DNA of 64,000 nucleotides from Methanomassiliicoccaceae archaeon. GTDB lineage: Archaea; Thermoplasmatota; Thermoplasmata; Methanomassiliicoccales; Methanomassiliicoccaceae. A model generated the notes under the pieces. It was given only the letters and a program-made list of their open reading frames with translations, was not told the DNA's origin and made no database searches. Of the stretch, positions 30,167 to 41,075 are shown one piece after another. Numbering within the stretch: position 1 is the first letter of the stretch; each line of letters opens with the position of its first letter. Location of the stretch: contig CAVSJV010000005.1 of assembly GCA_963728405.1 (NCBI GenBank), positions 128,001 through 192,000 on the forward strand. The letters are read 5' to 3'. A program made the translations under genes and the position numbers.

Positions 30167-31048
30167 TCACATCGCCCGGATCACCAGCAACCGCCACTCT
30201 GCCCCATGAAGGCCGAAGGAGCTCCAGTATACTTCCTTGTTGACCAGCTCTCCCGATGCTACGGACCGGTAATATTGATAAGTTCCGTGCCCTTGGGAGA
30301 CGAGGACGACCTGGTGCATGAATGTCAGGGTCTCGGTGTAGTTCTGATAGATGGGGTCAGTGAACAGGTTGCGTCCTATCTGACTCTCGTCGGTATCATA
30401 AAGCTCTGCACCGTCCGTTTGAAGGCAGGTGAACTGGAACGAAGTACCGGCAAGCTCCTCCCCCACAATATCTTTGAGCATCTCCTGGAGGTTAATGGTG
30501 ACCGAGATGCTGCCGACGAACTTGCCCCCTTGGTCAAAGACCGGGACCTGCATATCGGTGGCCTCGAAACCCTCGACCATGGTGAACACATCGCTCATCA
30601 CGGGCATGAGGGTCTCGTGTAGCCGGACGACCTGGGCCTGGCCGCCGATGTCCTCTCCCTCCGAGCTCTGGTATTTGGACGGTTCCGCGGCAACGATCCT
30701 TCCGTCGCTATCCACCGTTACTATGTCCACGCCATATGAAATATTCTCTAGCAGGCCGGTCATGATCGCTCTGGCCGCCGTGCCGTTAAGTCCCGTTGAC
30801 CTTAGGGAAACGCTCGCCTTGGTCAGGTTCTCATCCGCTTTGACCAGCTCCGACCAGGCTCGGGCCTGGATGCTGTTCAGCGCCTCGGTCATCTCCACTT
30901 TAGCTGTAAGATCGCTCTTTTCCTTAGCCGAGTTAGCGCTCTGCACGTACAACACGGTGAACCCGATCCCGGACATCACCAACAAAAGGACGAGCACAAT
31001 GGAAAATCCCTGGACCTTGGGCAGGTTCATTCTCTCACCGCCGGCCAA
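30167..31048 (-). CDS. Membrane-anchored Cache-domain protein lacking a cytoplasmic output
   Basis: Single N-terminal TM; GRIVAAEP..Y...G.DI..Q, PVMSDVF..VEG, QTDG..LYD.D..QIGRN, G.G.Y, EWRL. Confidence 0.7.
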   Translation of the reverse strand: MAGGERMNLPKVQGFSIVLVLLLVMSGIGFTVLYVQSANSAKEKSDLTAKVEMTEALNSIQARAWSELVKADENLTKASVSLRSTGLNGTAARAIMTGLLENISYGVDIVTVDSDGRIVAAEPSKYQSSEGEDIGGQAQVVRLHETLMPVMSDVFTMVEGFEATDMQVPVFDQGGKFVGSISVTINLQEMLKDIVGEELAGTSFQFTCLQTDGAELYDTDESQIGRNLFTDPIYQNYTETLTFMHQVVLVSQGHGTYQYYRSVASGELVNKEVYWSSFGLHGAEWRLLVIRAM

Positions 31049-31160
31049 CCGACGACCTTGATATTAATTTTTTACTTCACAATATTAAGATATGTTAGCG
31101 TCTGGCCAGAATATTCATGCCTCGGCAAATCTTTTCTACATTCATGGAGAGGAAGTAGGG

Positions 31161-31316
31161 ATGGACCCGGACGATCCATTCTCCGGAGAGGATGACGAAG
31201 GAGAACGAGGGGGCATCTGGAAGATCGTATTGATCATCCTGGCGATCGGGCTCGTTCTGCTGATCGCGCTGGGTCTCCTAAGATACTGGATGGTCAATTA
31301 CTATGGTGGTTGGTAG
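31161..31316 (+). CDS. Small single-TM protein (51 aa)
   Basis: Acidic N-terminus followed by a 20-aa hydrophobic helix; purine-rich RBS. Confidence 0.5.
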   Translation: MDPDDPFSGEDDEGERGGIWKIVLIILAIGLVLLIALGLLRYWMVNYYGGW

Positions 31317-31324
31317 GGGTCTTC

Positions 31325-32860
31325 TCAGACCCCGTAGGTACGCTCCACCTTATCGTTCAGATAATCAAGGAACGGCTCGATGGTCAGTCCCTCTCCGGTA
31401 ACGACCTTCACCAGGTCGGCGGGGTCGTAGAGGTTACCTTTGGAGTGGATGTTATCCACGAGCCACTGGCGGACCGGTTTGAAGTCCCCCTTCCGGACCG
31501 ATGTTCTCCAGGTCGGAACATCTCTGTCGAGCTTCCTCAAGAACATGCCGCCATAGATGTTGCCCAGAGCATAGCTGGGGAAATATCCGAAGCTCCCGCC
31601 CGCCCAGTGGGTGTCCTGCATTACGCCCTCGGAGTCGTTCTCGATATTGACTCCCAGGTACTTGGAGTACTTCTCGTTCCAGGCGTGGGGTATCTCGTCC
31701 ACGGTGATCTTGTCGGCGAAGATGTCCCGCTCCAGCTCGAACCTTACGATGATGTGCAGCCCATAGGTCACCTCGTCGGCCTCGATCCGGATCTTGGACG
31801 GCTCGGTCGCATTGACCGCCCTGGTGAACTCGCCAAGGCTAGCGCCCGTCAGCGCCTTACCGGTGACCTTGCGAAGCTTCGGCAGCATGTAGCCGATGAA
31901 CTCCGGACTTCTACCAACCATGTTCTCAACGAACCGGCTCTGGGACTCATGGATGCCGTAGCTGGCGGCGCTTCCGATGGGTTGAAACATCCACCGCGCA
32001 GGGAGATCGCCTTCATACAGCGCATGGCCTCCTTCGTGCAGCACGCTGAACAGGCTGGACTTGAAATTGCTCTCATAGTAGTGGGTGGTGATGCGGACGT
32101 CGGTGTAGTAGCCGTTGGAGAACGGATGCTCCGTCTCGTCCAGCCGGCCCCATGCGTTCGGTCCGGAGGTCTCGTAGCCGATGAAGCCCATGGCCATGGC
32201 GCTGATCTTCTTCTGCGCCTCCACGGGGACCTTCCTTGACAGGATCGACCGGTCCGGTTTGTCTAGGCAGGCCTCCACCTTCTCCACGAGCTTGATTAGC
32301 CCGTCCTTCATGCCGCTGAAGACCTCGCTGATGCGTTCCGCGGTCATGCCCGGCTCGAATATGTCAAGCAGCGCATCGTAGGGCGTTTTGGTCCCTTTGA
32401 CCTTCATCAGGATCTCGGCAGCCTTCTTCTTCAGCTCGATGTTCTTCTGGAGGTCGGTCCGGTAAATAGAGAAATCCTTAGCCTCCTTGGCCTTCTTCCA
32501 CGCCCCTACCGCCATGATCTGCTGCTTGGACATCTCGGCGACCAATGTGTCAGGGAGCTTCGACTCCTCGTCGAACGCTTTGCGCAATAGGTGGACGTTC
32601 CTTCTCTGCTCCTGGACCATTGACGAGAGCTTACTATCTTTCTCGATGGCGTCCAGATGAGCGCCCACCTTGGGGTCGGTGAGCATGCGATGGGTCATGA
32701 GGCTGATCAGGGAGAGCTGCTCGCTACGGAGCTCCAATCCCTTGGCCGGCATCTTGGTCTCCATGTCCCAGTAGACGATATCGCCGGCTGTCCGCAGGAC
32801 GGTCATTTCCTTGTACTTGGCCAATAGTTGGTCGTAATTATCCTGAAGTGAGATGGACAT
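31325..32860 (-). CDS. Carboxypeptidase Taq (M32 metallopeptidase)
   Basis: WDMET.MP, HPF, DVRITT, HEGGHALY, HESQS, IRIEADE, QDTHW, GYFPSYALG. Confidence 0.95.
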   Translation of the reverse strand: MSISLQDNYDQLLAKYKEMTVLRTAGDIVYWDMETKMPAKGLELRSEQLSLISLMTHRMLTDPKVGAHLDAIEKDSKLSSMVQEQRRNVHLLRKAFDEESKLPDTLVAEMSKQQIMAVGAWKKAKEAKDFSIYRTDLQKNIELKKKAAEILMKVKGTKTPYDALLDIFEPGMTAERISEVFSGMKDGLIKLVEKVEACLDKPDRSILSRKVPVEAQKKISAMAMGFIGYETSGPNAWGRLDETEHPFSNGYYTDVRITTHYYESNFKSSLFSVLHEGGHALYEGDLPARWMFQPIGSAASYGIHESQSRFVENMVGRSPEFIGYMLPKLRKVTGKALTGASLGEFTRAVNATEPSKIRIEADEVTYGLHIIVRFELERDIFADKITVDEIPHAWNEKYSKYLGVNIENDSEGVMQDTHWAGGSFGYFPSYALGNIYGGMFLRKLDRDVPTWRTSVRKGDFKPVRQWLVDNIHSKGNLYDPADLVKVVTGEGLTIEPFLDYLNDKVERTYGV

Positions 32861-33029
32861 CGTGATCGGTGTAAGAAAGGATGGCAAGCTATAACTGTTC
32901 CTTTTATTCGGTTCGACCTCATTCTTCTGGACCAATATCTGATGTGGTTCAGGGAAAGGAAATACTCTATCGAACTTCGATATTAACCCCCACGGATCTA
33001 CCAGGGCTGCTGTCCTACTGCGTCGATAG

Positions 33030-33680
33030 GTTGAAGTTCGGGGCCACGAACCTAGATATACTCATCGCACTGATTGCTACCTTCTTGCTGCCGGGGGCCT
33101 GCTAATTCCTTCCGAGAAGCGCCGGTGCGCTCCTCCCGCTCCTGCTTTACTATGGCGTGTTCTGCTTCGTGGTAGTGCTCTGGGAGGAAAGGCTCTCTGG
33201 ACTATGTGCGGCCGGTGGCATGGGTCTTACCACTATTCATCCTACTGCTGGCAGCGTGGCTCGTCAGCCAGGTCGGCGGCGCGCTCACTATCGTCCCCCG
33301 AAACAATGATCTTCCGGGGGTGGTGCTGACCCTCCCGATCTGGGTGCCGGTGAACGCCTTCGCCGAGCAGCTTCTGTGGGGATACATATTCGACGCGTTC
33401 GAGACCCGGTGGACCGATCGGAGGAAGCAATTGTCGGTGGCCTGATGGGCATCTTCCTGACCCTCATGTTCGTAGGTCTCATCCATGCTCTCTTCTGAGG
33501 TGAGTTCTTCCCTTCCTTCGAGAACGTGGCCCCGTGGTCCCAGATATTTTTCGCATCGCAGTTCATACTAACCGTTGGATACTTGTCCCTCTACCTGCGG
33601 GCCGGCTCGATGCTGCCCATATTCCTCGATCCATATAATCGCCGATGCAACCCGGGTGCTGGGGGCCATTTACTTCCATG
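33030..33680 (+). pseudogene. Decayed CPBP/Abi-like intramembrane protease-family gene
   Basis: TM fragments across frameshifts with AEQLLW and IHIIAD motifs; in-frame TAA (about 33103) and TGA (about 33496). Confidence 0.55.
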
Positions 33681-33779
33681 GTCCCGGACCTGTGGGTTGT
33701 TTAAAAGGGAAAAGAAAAAAATTACCTAAGGGCAAAGGTGCATTAGCGCCTCGTCGTTCGATAAGGTGGGCCGGTAGGA

Positions 33780-34604
33780 TCACATCTGGGCCCGGGCCGA
33801 GGCACGGTCAATGCTCTCCTCTTCCAAGGGGTGCTTGGCCAAGAAGTCCAGTACCAGAGGGATGTATCCCGATGGCGGAAGGAAATGACCCGCCCGCTCC
33901 ACTACCTCGAACTGAGAGTTAGCGATTCCTGCGGCAAGCTCCTCTCCGAAGTGGATGGGGACCATTATATCTTCATCACCATGCACGACAAGGGTCGGAA
34001 CAGCGATCCTGTGAAGCCTACCTCGGCTGTCGAAGGCGTCAAGGGCCGTCTTCTGTCGGGTGAAGCCATCGAGGACATTGATGTCGCAGCCCTTCCCGAT
34101 CTCACATACTGACAACTTACCCTTGAAGAAATGTTCAGTGGAGCACCAGGTCTGCATCATGGTCTGGAATGTATCCATGCTCGCCCCCTCTTTTACTGCA
34201 TGGATCATAGCATCGATGGCGAATCGTGACCGATCGGGCTCCCGAATGTAAGTGGACATCAGGATAAGGGTCCCCACCTTCTGGGGGTGCTCCATGGTCA
34301 GCTCCTGGGCCACATTGCCGCCCATGGACCAGCCGAGCACGTGGGCCCTGTCAATGTCAAGGGCATCGAGAAGCCCCGCGGCGTCGTCGGCCATGGTCTT
34401 CATGGTAAAAGGCGTGTGAGGGGCCTCGGTGAACCCGCTGCCCCGGTTATCGAAGGTGATGACCTCATAGTCTTTGTCCAGTAGCGGGATGGCCTTCTTC
34501 CAGTTATATTGGTCGCCGCTAAATCCAGTGATGAGCATGAGGGGCTCACCTTGACCGTGCAGGTGGTAATGGATCGTCGCATCCCCGACCTCGATCTTAG
34601 GCAT
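33780..34604 (-). CDS. Alpha/beta-fold hydrolase
   Basis: FDNRGSG, GWSMGG nucleophile, HGDED, GH. Confidence 0.92.
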   Translation of the reverse strand: MPKIEVGDATIHYHLHGQGEPLMLITGFSGDQYNWKKAIPLLDKDYEVITFDNRGSGFTEAPHTPFTMKTMADDAAGLLDALDIDRAHVLGWSMGGNVAQELTMEHPQKVGTLILMSTYIREPDRSRFAIDAMIHAVKEGASMDTFQTMMQTWCSTEHFFKGKLSVCEIGKGCDINVLDGFTRQKTALDAFDSRGRLHRIAVPTLVVHGDEDIMVPIHFGEELAAGIANSQFEVVERAGHFLPPSGYIPLVLDFLAKHPLEEESIDRASARAQM

Positions 34605-34648
34605 CTAGCGGCCTCGAAGCATGATGGACTATTTACGATTTATGTCCA

Positions 34649-36313
34649 TTAGGCGTCAGGCCAGCGTCCTGCCGAGTCCTCGCGGAGCTTATACTTCATG
34701 ATCTTGCCGCAGGCGGTCATGGGGTACGAGTCCACGAAAGCCACGTATTTGGGGATCTTGTACCACGATGATCTTTCCGCGGCAGAAGTCCTGGACGTCC
34801 TCTGGGGTCATCTGGACGTTCTTCTTCAAGATGATGAACGCCCCGCACTGCTCGCCATATTTCTTGCTGGGCACGCCCACCACTTGGACGTCCGCGATAC
34901 CCGGCATGTGGTGGAGGAACTCCTCCACTTCCTTGGGATAGATGTTCTCCCCGCCCCGGATGATCATGTCCTTGAGCCGGCCGGTGATGGCCAGGTAACC
35001 TTTCTCGTCGACCATTCCGATGTCGCCCGAGTGCAGCCAGCCATCTTTGTCGATGGCCTTGGCCGTGTCCTCGGGCATGTTGTAGTAGCCTTTCATGACG
35101 TTGTAGCCGCGGCAGCAGACTTCGCCCTGCTCACCGACCGCACAGGTGTGGCCGTATCGGGGTTCATCAACCTGCACCTCGATGCCCGGCATGGCCTGTC
35201 CCACCGTGGAGCATCTTGTTCAGGTCGGGCTCGTCCCACCTGGTCTGGGTGATCACCGGGTGACGATTCGGTCAGGCCGAAGCCGATGGTGATCTCGCGC
35301 ATGTTCATCTTGTCCATTACCTCGTGCATGCTCTTGACGGGGCAGGGCGAGCCGGCCATGATGCCGGTGCGCAGCGTGGAGAAGTCGAATTTCTCGAAGA
35401 GCTGGTGGTCGAGCATGGCGATGAACATGGTCGGGACGCCGTAGAGCGCGGTGCACTCTCTCCTTCTCGATGGCACATGACGGTCGACCGGATCGAAGCG
35501 TTTCCAGGATGACCATGGTGGCGCCGCGAGTTCACCGCGGCCATCACGCCCAGCACGCAGCCGAAGCAGTGGAACAGCGGCACCGGCAGGCAGATCCGGT
35601 CGGCATGGGCTGAAGTTCTGGTACGCGCCGATCCAGTAGCCGTTGTTGCCGATGTTGTGATGGGTCAGCATGACTCCTTTGGGAAAGCCCGGTGGTGCCC
35701 GAGGTGTACTGCATGTTGACCACGTCGTGGCAACGAGAGCTGCGACTGCCGCGCTTGGTACTCGGCGTCGGTCGATCATGGACGGCCAGGGCCATGACCT
35801 CGTTCATCGAGTAAAGCCCGCGGTGCTTCTCCGGGCCAAGGAAGAGCACCCGCTTCAGATGAGGGAATTGGCCGACTCTTGAGATTGCCGCGTGGCTGGG
35901 TCTTGAGCTCGGGCACCAGCTCGTAGAGGGTCTGCGACGTAATCGGTGTCCCGGTAACCGTCGATGATGAAGAGGGTTCTCGGCCTCGGACTGCTGCAGC
36001 AGGTAGTCGAGTCTCCGCGATCTTGTAGTTGATGTTGATGGTCAGCAGGATGGCGCCGATCTTGGCGCGGTGGCGAACTGCAGGGTTACCCAATAGGGCA
36101 CGTTGGTGGCCCATACGGCGACCTTCTCGCCCTTCTTCACGCCCAGGGCCATGAGCCCCTTGGCCATCCGGTCCACGGTCTTGCAGAATTCCCGCCAGGT
36201 CAGGCGGTAATCGCGGTCCACATAGACGACGGCCTCGTTGTCGGGCAACGGGCCAAGGTCTCATCCAGAAGCTGGCCCAGGGTGGCTTCCCTGGTTAAAT
36301 CTTTTCTGAACAT
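34649..36313 (-). CDS. AMP-binding acyl-CoA synthetase, heavily frameshifted
   Basis: Fragments: [98 protein letters not shown]. Confidence 0.85.
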
Positions 36314-36324
36314 CGATCACAGCC

Positions 36325-36891
36325 TCAGAACGGGGATGTACACGACCGCGTAGATGGCGGCCTTGGTGTTCCCGGCGGCTCCGACATGGTGGGGGACCAT
36401 GGAGTTGTAGTAGATGCGAGTCCCCGGCCTTCAGGGCATGGGTTTCCTTGCCGTAGACCAACTCGACTTCACCAGAGACGACGATGATGAACTCTTCGCC
36501 CTCATGCGACGACGAGCGAGTGGTCCGAGGACGGCTCGATGACGATATAGAATGGCTCCATGTGGCGGTCGGTCTTGCCCTTGCCCAGAAGATAATAGTG
36601 ATAGTTACCGGGTCCAGCCCCATGATGCGGGGTGGTCTCCTCCTTACGTTCGCCGGCACGGACAACGAGGGGGTCCTCGATGTACTGGTCGTCCATGAAG
36701 GTGCCGAGCCTCTGTCCGAGGGCCCGCGACAGCTTTACCAATACGCTCAGGGAAGGGTATACTGTCCCTTCTTCAATGTTCTTTTCGAGAGCTGCATCGA
36801 TGCCGGCATTCTTGGCTAGGTCCTCAATGGAGAAGCCTAGGCGCTCACGGTAGGTGCGTATACGGGTTCCCAGTATCTGAGAAGATGACAT
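36325..36891 (-). CDS. XRE-family HTH regulator with cupin sensor (frameshifted)
   Basis: LGTRIRTYRERLG.SIEDLA, DRHMEPF, SHEGEEFIIVVSGEVEL.YG. Confidence 0.85.
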
Positions 36892-37077
36892 GCTGATTCT
36901 CCAGGGCTTTGTTCCAACCAGAAAAGGCCAAGGTCATGCCCGAGCAGCGGCCACTGGTCCTTCGGCGAATCCGCTCATTCTCTAATATAGTTTCTCCTTT
37001 TCGAAATTCGTAGGGGGAACGACCGCCCAGGCTAGCCTAGGAGGAACGTCCATTGCTCTACGGTTCTCGTAAATGGC

Positions 37078-38480
37078 CTATCTCAGATTGGCTTCCGCCC
37101 AGGATCGGGCCGCCTCGAAGACCCTCCTGTTCTTCTCCACCAGGGCGGGCTTCTCGGCGAAGCTCTCGTCCAGGGCGGTCAGGACCTCCTTTTCTGGAAT
37201 ATCCAACAGGTCCAGGGCGGCCAGTGCTCCGAGCAGCGCGGTGTTGGCGGCCTTAGGCACACCGGCCTCGCTGGCGACCTTCATGGCCGGGAATGCTTTC
37301 ACCGTCACTCCTTCCGGCGCCTTGAGGTTAAGGGAGATAGACGCCTCATATATGGCGACCCCACCCTTGGCCACAGTGGGCAGGAACTTCTCCAGGGACG
37401 GCTGGTTCATGGCAACTAGCACGTCGGGGTTATCGACAGTGGGTGAGCCGATCTCACGGCCTCCGACCACTACCGAGCAGGATGCTGCCCCCCCTCTCTG
37501 CTCCGGCCCGTAACTGGGGAACCAGGAGACATAACGCCCGGCTTTGCCGGCCGATTCGGCCACGACCAGCCCGAGGCTGAGCACACCCTGCCCGCCGAAC
37601 CCGGAGAACTTGAAACGTCTCTCCCGGTACGCCGGGTCGGGGTGCGGCTCGGTCCCGCCCTCTGAGGCGTGGATGAGTGAACCCAGCTCCTTGAGGTCGA
37701 TCCGAGCCGCTTCGGGGGTCGGCTCGTCGACTGTGGTCTCGGAAGCAGCCCAGAGGGAAGACCTTCTCCATCTCCTGGTTCACATACTCGGCGGCCTTGA
37801 GGGCGTCCATCTTCCAGTTGGTAGGGCAGGGGGAAAGGAACTCTACGAACGCGTAGCCCTTCCCATCGCGTTGGATCTCCAGCGCCTTCCTGATCGCCTT
37901 CTTGGCCTGCATGATCCTCTTGGTGTCGGCGACCGACACGCGCTCGATGTACACCGGGGCTTCCAGCTGGGAAAAGACCTCGCACACCTTAAGGGGGTGA
38001 CCGGTCTTGACCACGTCCCGCCCAAAGGGTGTGGTCGTGGTCTTCTGCCCGGGAAGGGTCGTAGGGGCCATCTGTCCACCGGTCATGGCGAAAATGGAGT
38101 TGTTCACGAAGAAGCAGGCGAACTTCTCACCGCGGTTGGCCGCTTGGAACGCGTTATTAAAACCGATCGCTCCTAGATCGCCGTCTCCCTGGTAAGCGAC
38201 CACGACCTTGTCGGGAAGTACTCTAGACAGGCCGGTGGCCACGGCCGATGCGCGGCCATGGGGTGCAGCGACGTTGCCGCAATCGAAGTAATAGTAGCAG
38301 AAAGCAGCGCATCCCACCGGTGAAACGAACACCGCGCGGTCCTGGAGCCCCAGCTCGGCCATGGCCTCGCCGATCAGCTTGTGGATGATGCCGTGGCCAC
38401 ATCCCGCGCAGAACTGTGGTCGTCCTGCTGCCGTCCTTGCGGTCGAACGTCTCGTAGAATCCCTGGGCCTTTCTGATCAT
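37078..38480 (-). CDS. vorA: 2-oxoisovalerate/2-oxoacid:ferredoxin oxidoreductase beta-gamma fusion (frameshifted)
   Basis: [23 protein letters not shown]...NN (TPP binding), [10 protein letters not shown]; gamma part [16 protein letters not shown]. Confidence 0.85.
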
Positions 38481-38498
38481 GCTCTCGCCTCCGTCATG

Positions 38499-39533
38499 TC
38501 ACGGGCGGCCTTGACCACTGTCCTCGACCCTGATCATGTTGCCGCCCATGCGGTTCACCAGGCCCACCTTGGCCTTTCCGCAGCGGTCCAGATGCAGGAG
38601 CACGTCGTCGCGGTACTGGCCGTTGCTCATCTCCACTACCAGGACATCGCGGTCCCCGATCGCTTCGTTGAGCTGGGTGATCGGGAAGGGCGCCAGGGTC
38701 ACCGGGCGGAACAGCCCGGCCTTTACGCCCTCGCTCCTCAGTCGGTCCACCGCCGAGCGGGCGATCCGGGCCGAGGAACCGTAGCCAGTGAGCACGATGT
38801 CCGCATCCTCGGTCAGGTAGCTCTCGGCCTGGGTCTCTACCTTCCAGGACTCATACTTCCTCTGGAGCACGAGATTATGTTGCTCATGGCGGTCCGGTTC
38901 GAGATAGATGGAAGTGATGAGGTTCTCTCTCGTGGCCGCGTCCCCATGGACCGCCCAGGAGGTTGTCGCCGGGCGGGGCGCTATTCGTTCCGGCAGTCGC
39001 AGAGATTCCATCATCTGGCCCAGGACAGCGTCGGCCAGGACGACCACTGGGCCGCGGTACTTGAACGCCAGCTCGAACGCCCTGATGGTCAGATCGCACA
39101 TCTCCTGGACGGAGCTAGGGGCCAGGACCATGCTCTTGTAATTGCCATGTCCTCCGCCCTTCACTGCCTGGTTGTAGTCGCCTTGTTCCGGCCCGATGTT
39201 GCCCAGGCCGGGACCGGTACGCATGACATTGATGATGACCGCGGGCAGCTGAGCACCGGCCAGGTAGGATATCCCCTCTTGCATGAGGCTTATCCCCGGT
39301 CCCGAGGACGCGGTCATGGCCAGCTTTCCAGCGCTGGCTGCGCCATAGATCATGTTGATGGACCCGGTCTCGCACTCCGCCTGGAGGTACTCCTTCCCTA
39401 GCTGGGGGAAGTACTCGGCCGCGCCATGGGCGATCTCGCTGGCGGGGGTGATGGGATAACCGAAGTATACGTCGCAGCCAGCGTAGAGCGCTCCGATGAC
39501 CACCGCGTCGTTGCCTTTGACGAACTTCCTCAC
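38499..39533 (-). CDS. vorB: 2-oxoisovalerate:ferredoxin oxidoreductase alpha-type subunit
   Basis: [50 protein letters not shown]. Confidence 0.9.
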   Translation of the reverse strand: MRKFVKGNDAVVIGALYAGCDVYFGYPITPASEIAHGAAEYFPQLGKEYLQAECETGSINMIYGAASAGKLAMTASSGPGISLMQEGISYLAGAQLPAVIINVMRTGPGLGNIGPEQGDYNQAVKGGGHGNYKSMVLAPSSVQEMCDLTIRAFELAFKYRGPVVVLADAVLGQMMESLRLPERIAPRPATTSWAVHGDAATRENLITSIYLEPDRHEQHNLVLQRKYESWKVETQAESYLTEDADIVLTGYGSSARIARSAVDRLRSEGVKAGLFRPVTLAPFPITQLNEAIGDRDVLVVEMSNGQYRDDVLLHLDRCGKAKVGLVNRMGGNMIRVEDSGQGRP

Positions 39534-39772
39534 GAGCTTCCCTCCTTATCGGCAGTGTGGACCTCGATGGCGTAGATCTCCGGACAGTTGTAGAAGCAGA
39601 TGGCGCAGCCGGTACAACCCTCTCCCGCGTACTCGGCGGGGACGAAGCCCCTGCGGTTCACGTGCTTGGCAGGTCGAAGGACCTTCTTGGGGCAGGCGGC
39701 GATGCAGCGGCCACACCCCTTGCACTCATCCTCGATGATGACCGGTCGAGGGACCTCTTTGGCGGCGCTCAT
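39530..39772 (-). CDS. vorC: 2x[4Fe-4S] ferredoxin subunit of Vor
   Basis: [12 protein letters not shown] and [13 protein letters not shown]. Confidence 0.9.
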   Translation of the reverse strand: MSAAKEVPRPVIIEDECKGCGRCIAACPKKVLRPAKHVNRRGFVPAEYAGEGCTGCAICFYNCPEIYAIEVHTADKEGSS

Positions 39773-39876
39773 GGTTTCCGTCCAGAAAAAGGTCGAGCGT
39801 ACTTAAATCTACGCGGTGAACGACCAGGAGATAAGAAGATACAATAGTCGCGAACGAGCATCATTATCCGATCGCT

Positions 39877-40446
39877 ATGTCCAAGATCGCTCACGGAAAC
39901 CGCATGCCCCCGCTCGCCCTGCCCATCTGCCTGGTGGGAGCGAACGTGGCGGGCAAGGCCAACTTCTGCACCATCGCCTGGTTCACCATGATAGACGATG
40001 AGCCGCCCACCATCGGACTGGTGATGGGCAAGCGGCGCCGGACCAAGGATGGCATCATGGAGAACAAGACGTTCAGCGTCAACGTCCCGGGCACCGAGCT
40101 GGCCGTGCCGGTTGATTACTGCGGCATACGCTCCGGTTACAAGGTCGACAAATCAGAGGTGTTCCGGACCTTCTATGGCAAGCTCAAGACCGCCCCCATG
40201 GTCGAGGACTGCCCCCTCACTATGGAATGCACGCTCAAGAGTATCGTGGAGTTCGAAGGAACCGATATGGTGGTCGGAGAGGTGATCGAGGTTTACGCCG
40301 AGGACGGCTCCCTGCGCAGTGACGGGCGGCCGGACCCCACCGTGCTTGACCCGTTGCTTTACCTGTCCTCGGCATCAGCATACCATCGGCTCGGCGACAG
40401 GATCGCCGATGCCTTTCAGATCGGGAAGGCCTATCGCCAGGAATGA
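39877..40446 (+). CDS. Flavin reductase family protein (flavoredoxin-like)
   Basis: LVGANV.GKAN, FSVN.P, DYCG..SG...DK, AP..E.CP...EC. Confidence 0.88.
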   Translation: MSKIAHGNRMPPLALPICLVGANVAGKANFCTIAWFTMIDDEPPTIGLVMGKRRRTKDGIMENKTFSVNVPGTELAVPVDYCGIRSGYKVDKSEVFRTFYGKLKTAPMVEDCPLTMECTLKSIVEFEGTDMVVGEVIEVYAEDGSLRSDGRPDPTVLDPLLYLSSASAYHRLGDRIADAFQIGKAYRQE

Positions 40447-40653
40447 GGGTCGCCATTGCCTTTGACCTGCCAGACCTCTGGCTCCGAGGAGGGGCCCTGG
40501 CCAGCTACCGGGGTTCCCTGCTCCGCCCTGCCGCTAGGCCCCATGGTCGATCATTTATCTGGGTTGCAAGAACACTACATATGGGGGCGGATGAGCAAAA
40601 ATGAGTGAAAGGTCTTGTGGCCACAGGGGCCATGGACCGGTTATGAAAGAGTT

Positions 40654-40875
40654 TTACTGGAGACTGGTCTTTACCAAGAAGTAGGCTACGGCATTGTTGT
40701 TCTTCCGCTTCTTGGCGATCCCCATCTTTTCCAGCTCGGCCAGCGCGTTCATGCACTGGGCCTTGGGAAGCTTGGATAGTGATGTTGCCTTCTCGGCGGT
40801 GACAGCTTTGTCCTCGGAGATGGCGCCACCAGTCTTCATCGCGTTGAATAGTTTCTCAACCTGAGGTGATACCAT
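40654..40875 (-). CDS. Small basic winged-helix DNA-binding protein
   Basis: 73 aa, Lys-rich; TAEK...LSKLPK....NAL.EL.K.G..K......YFL; upstream TTTAT box. Confidence 0.65.
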   Translation of the reverse strand: MVSPQVEKLFNAMKTGGAISEDKAVTAEKATSLSKLPKAQCMNALAELEKMGIAKKRKNNNAVAYFLVKTSLQ

Positions 40876-41075
40876 AAATGGCGGGATTATATTGTTGTGT
40901 AAATACCTTGTGGTCTCCCCCTTTCGGAACATATTTCGGAGCTATTCTTCGGTAGGGCCTTCCCCCCGTCACCATGTCCCTGAAGCCGTGGGCAATGTCC
41001 ATTGCATAGTTCGAAATGACAAAGGCAGGTACAAGGGGCAGGAATGCGAAAAACCTCCCTTTCGATTTCCTTCCT

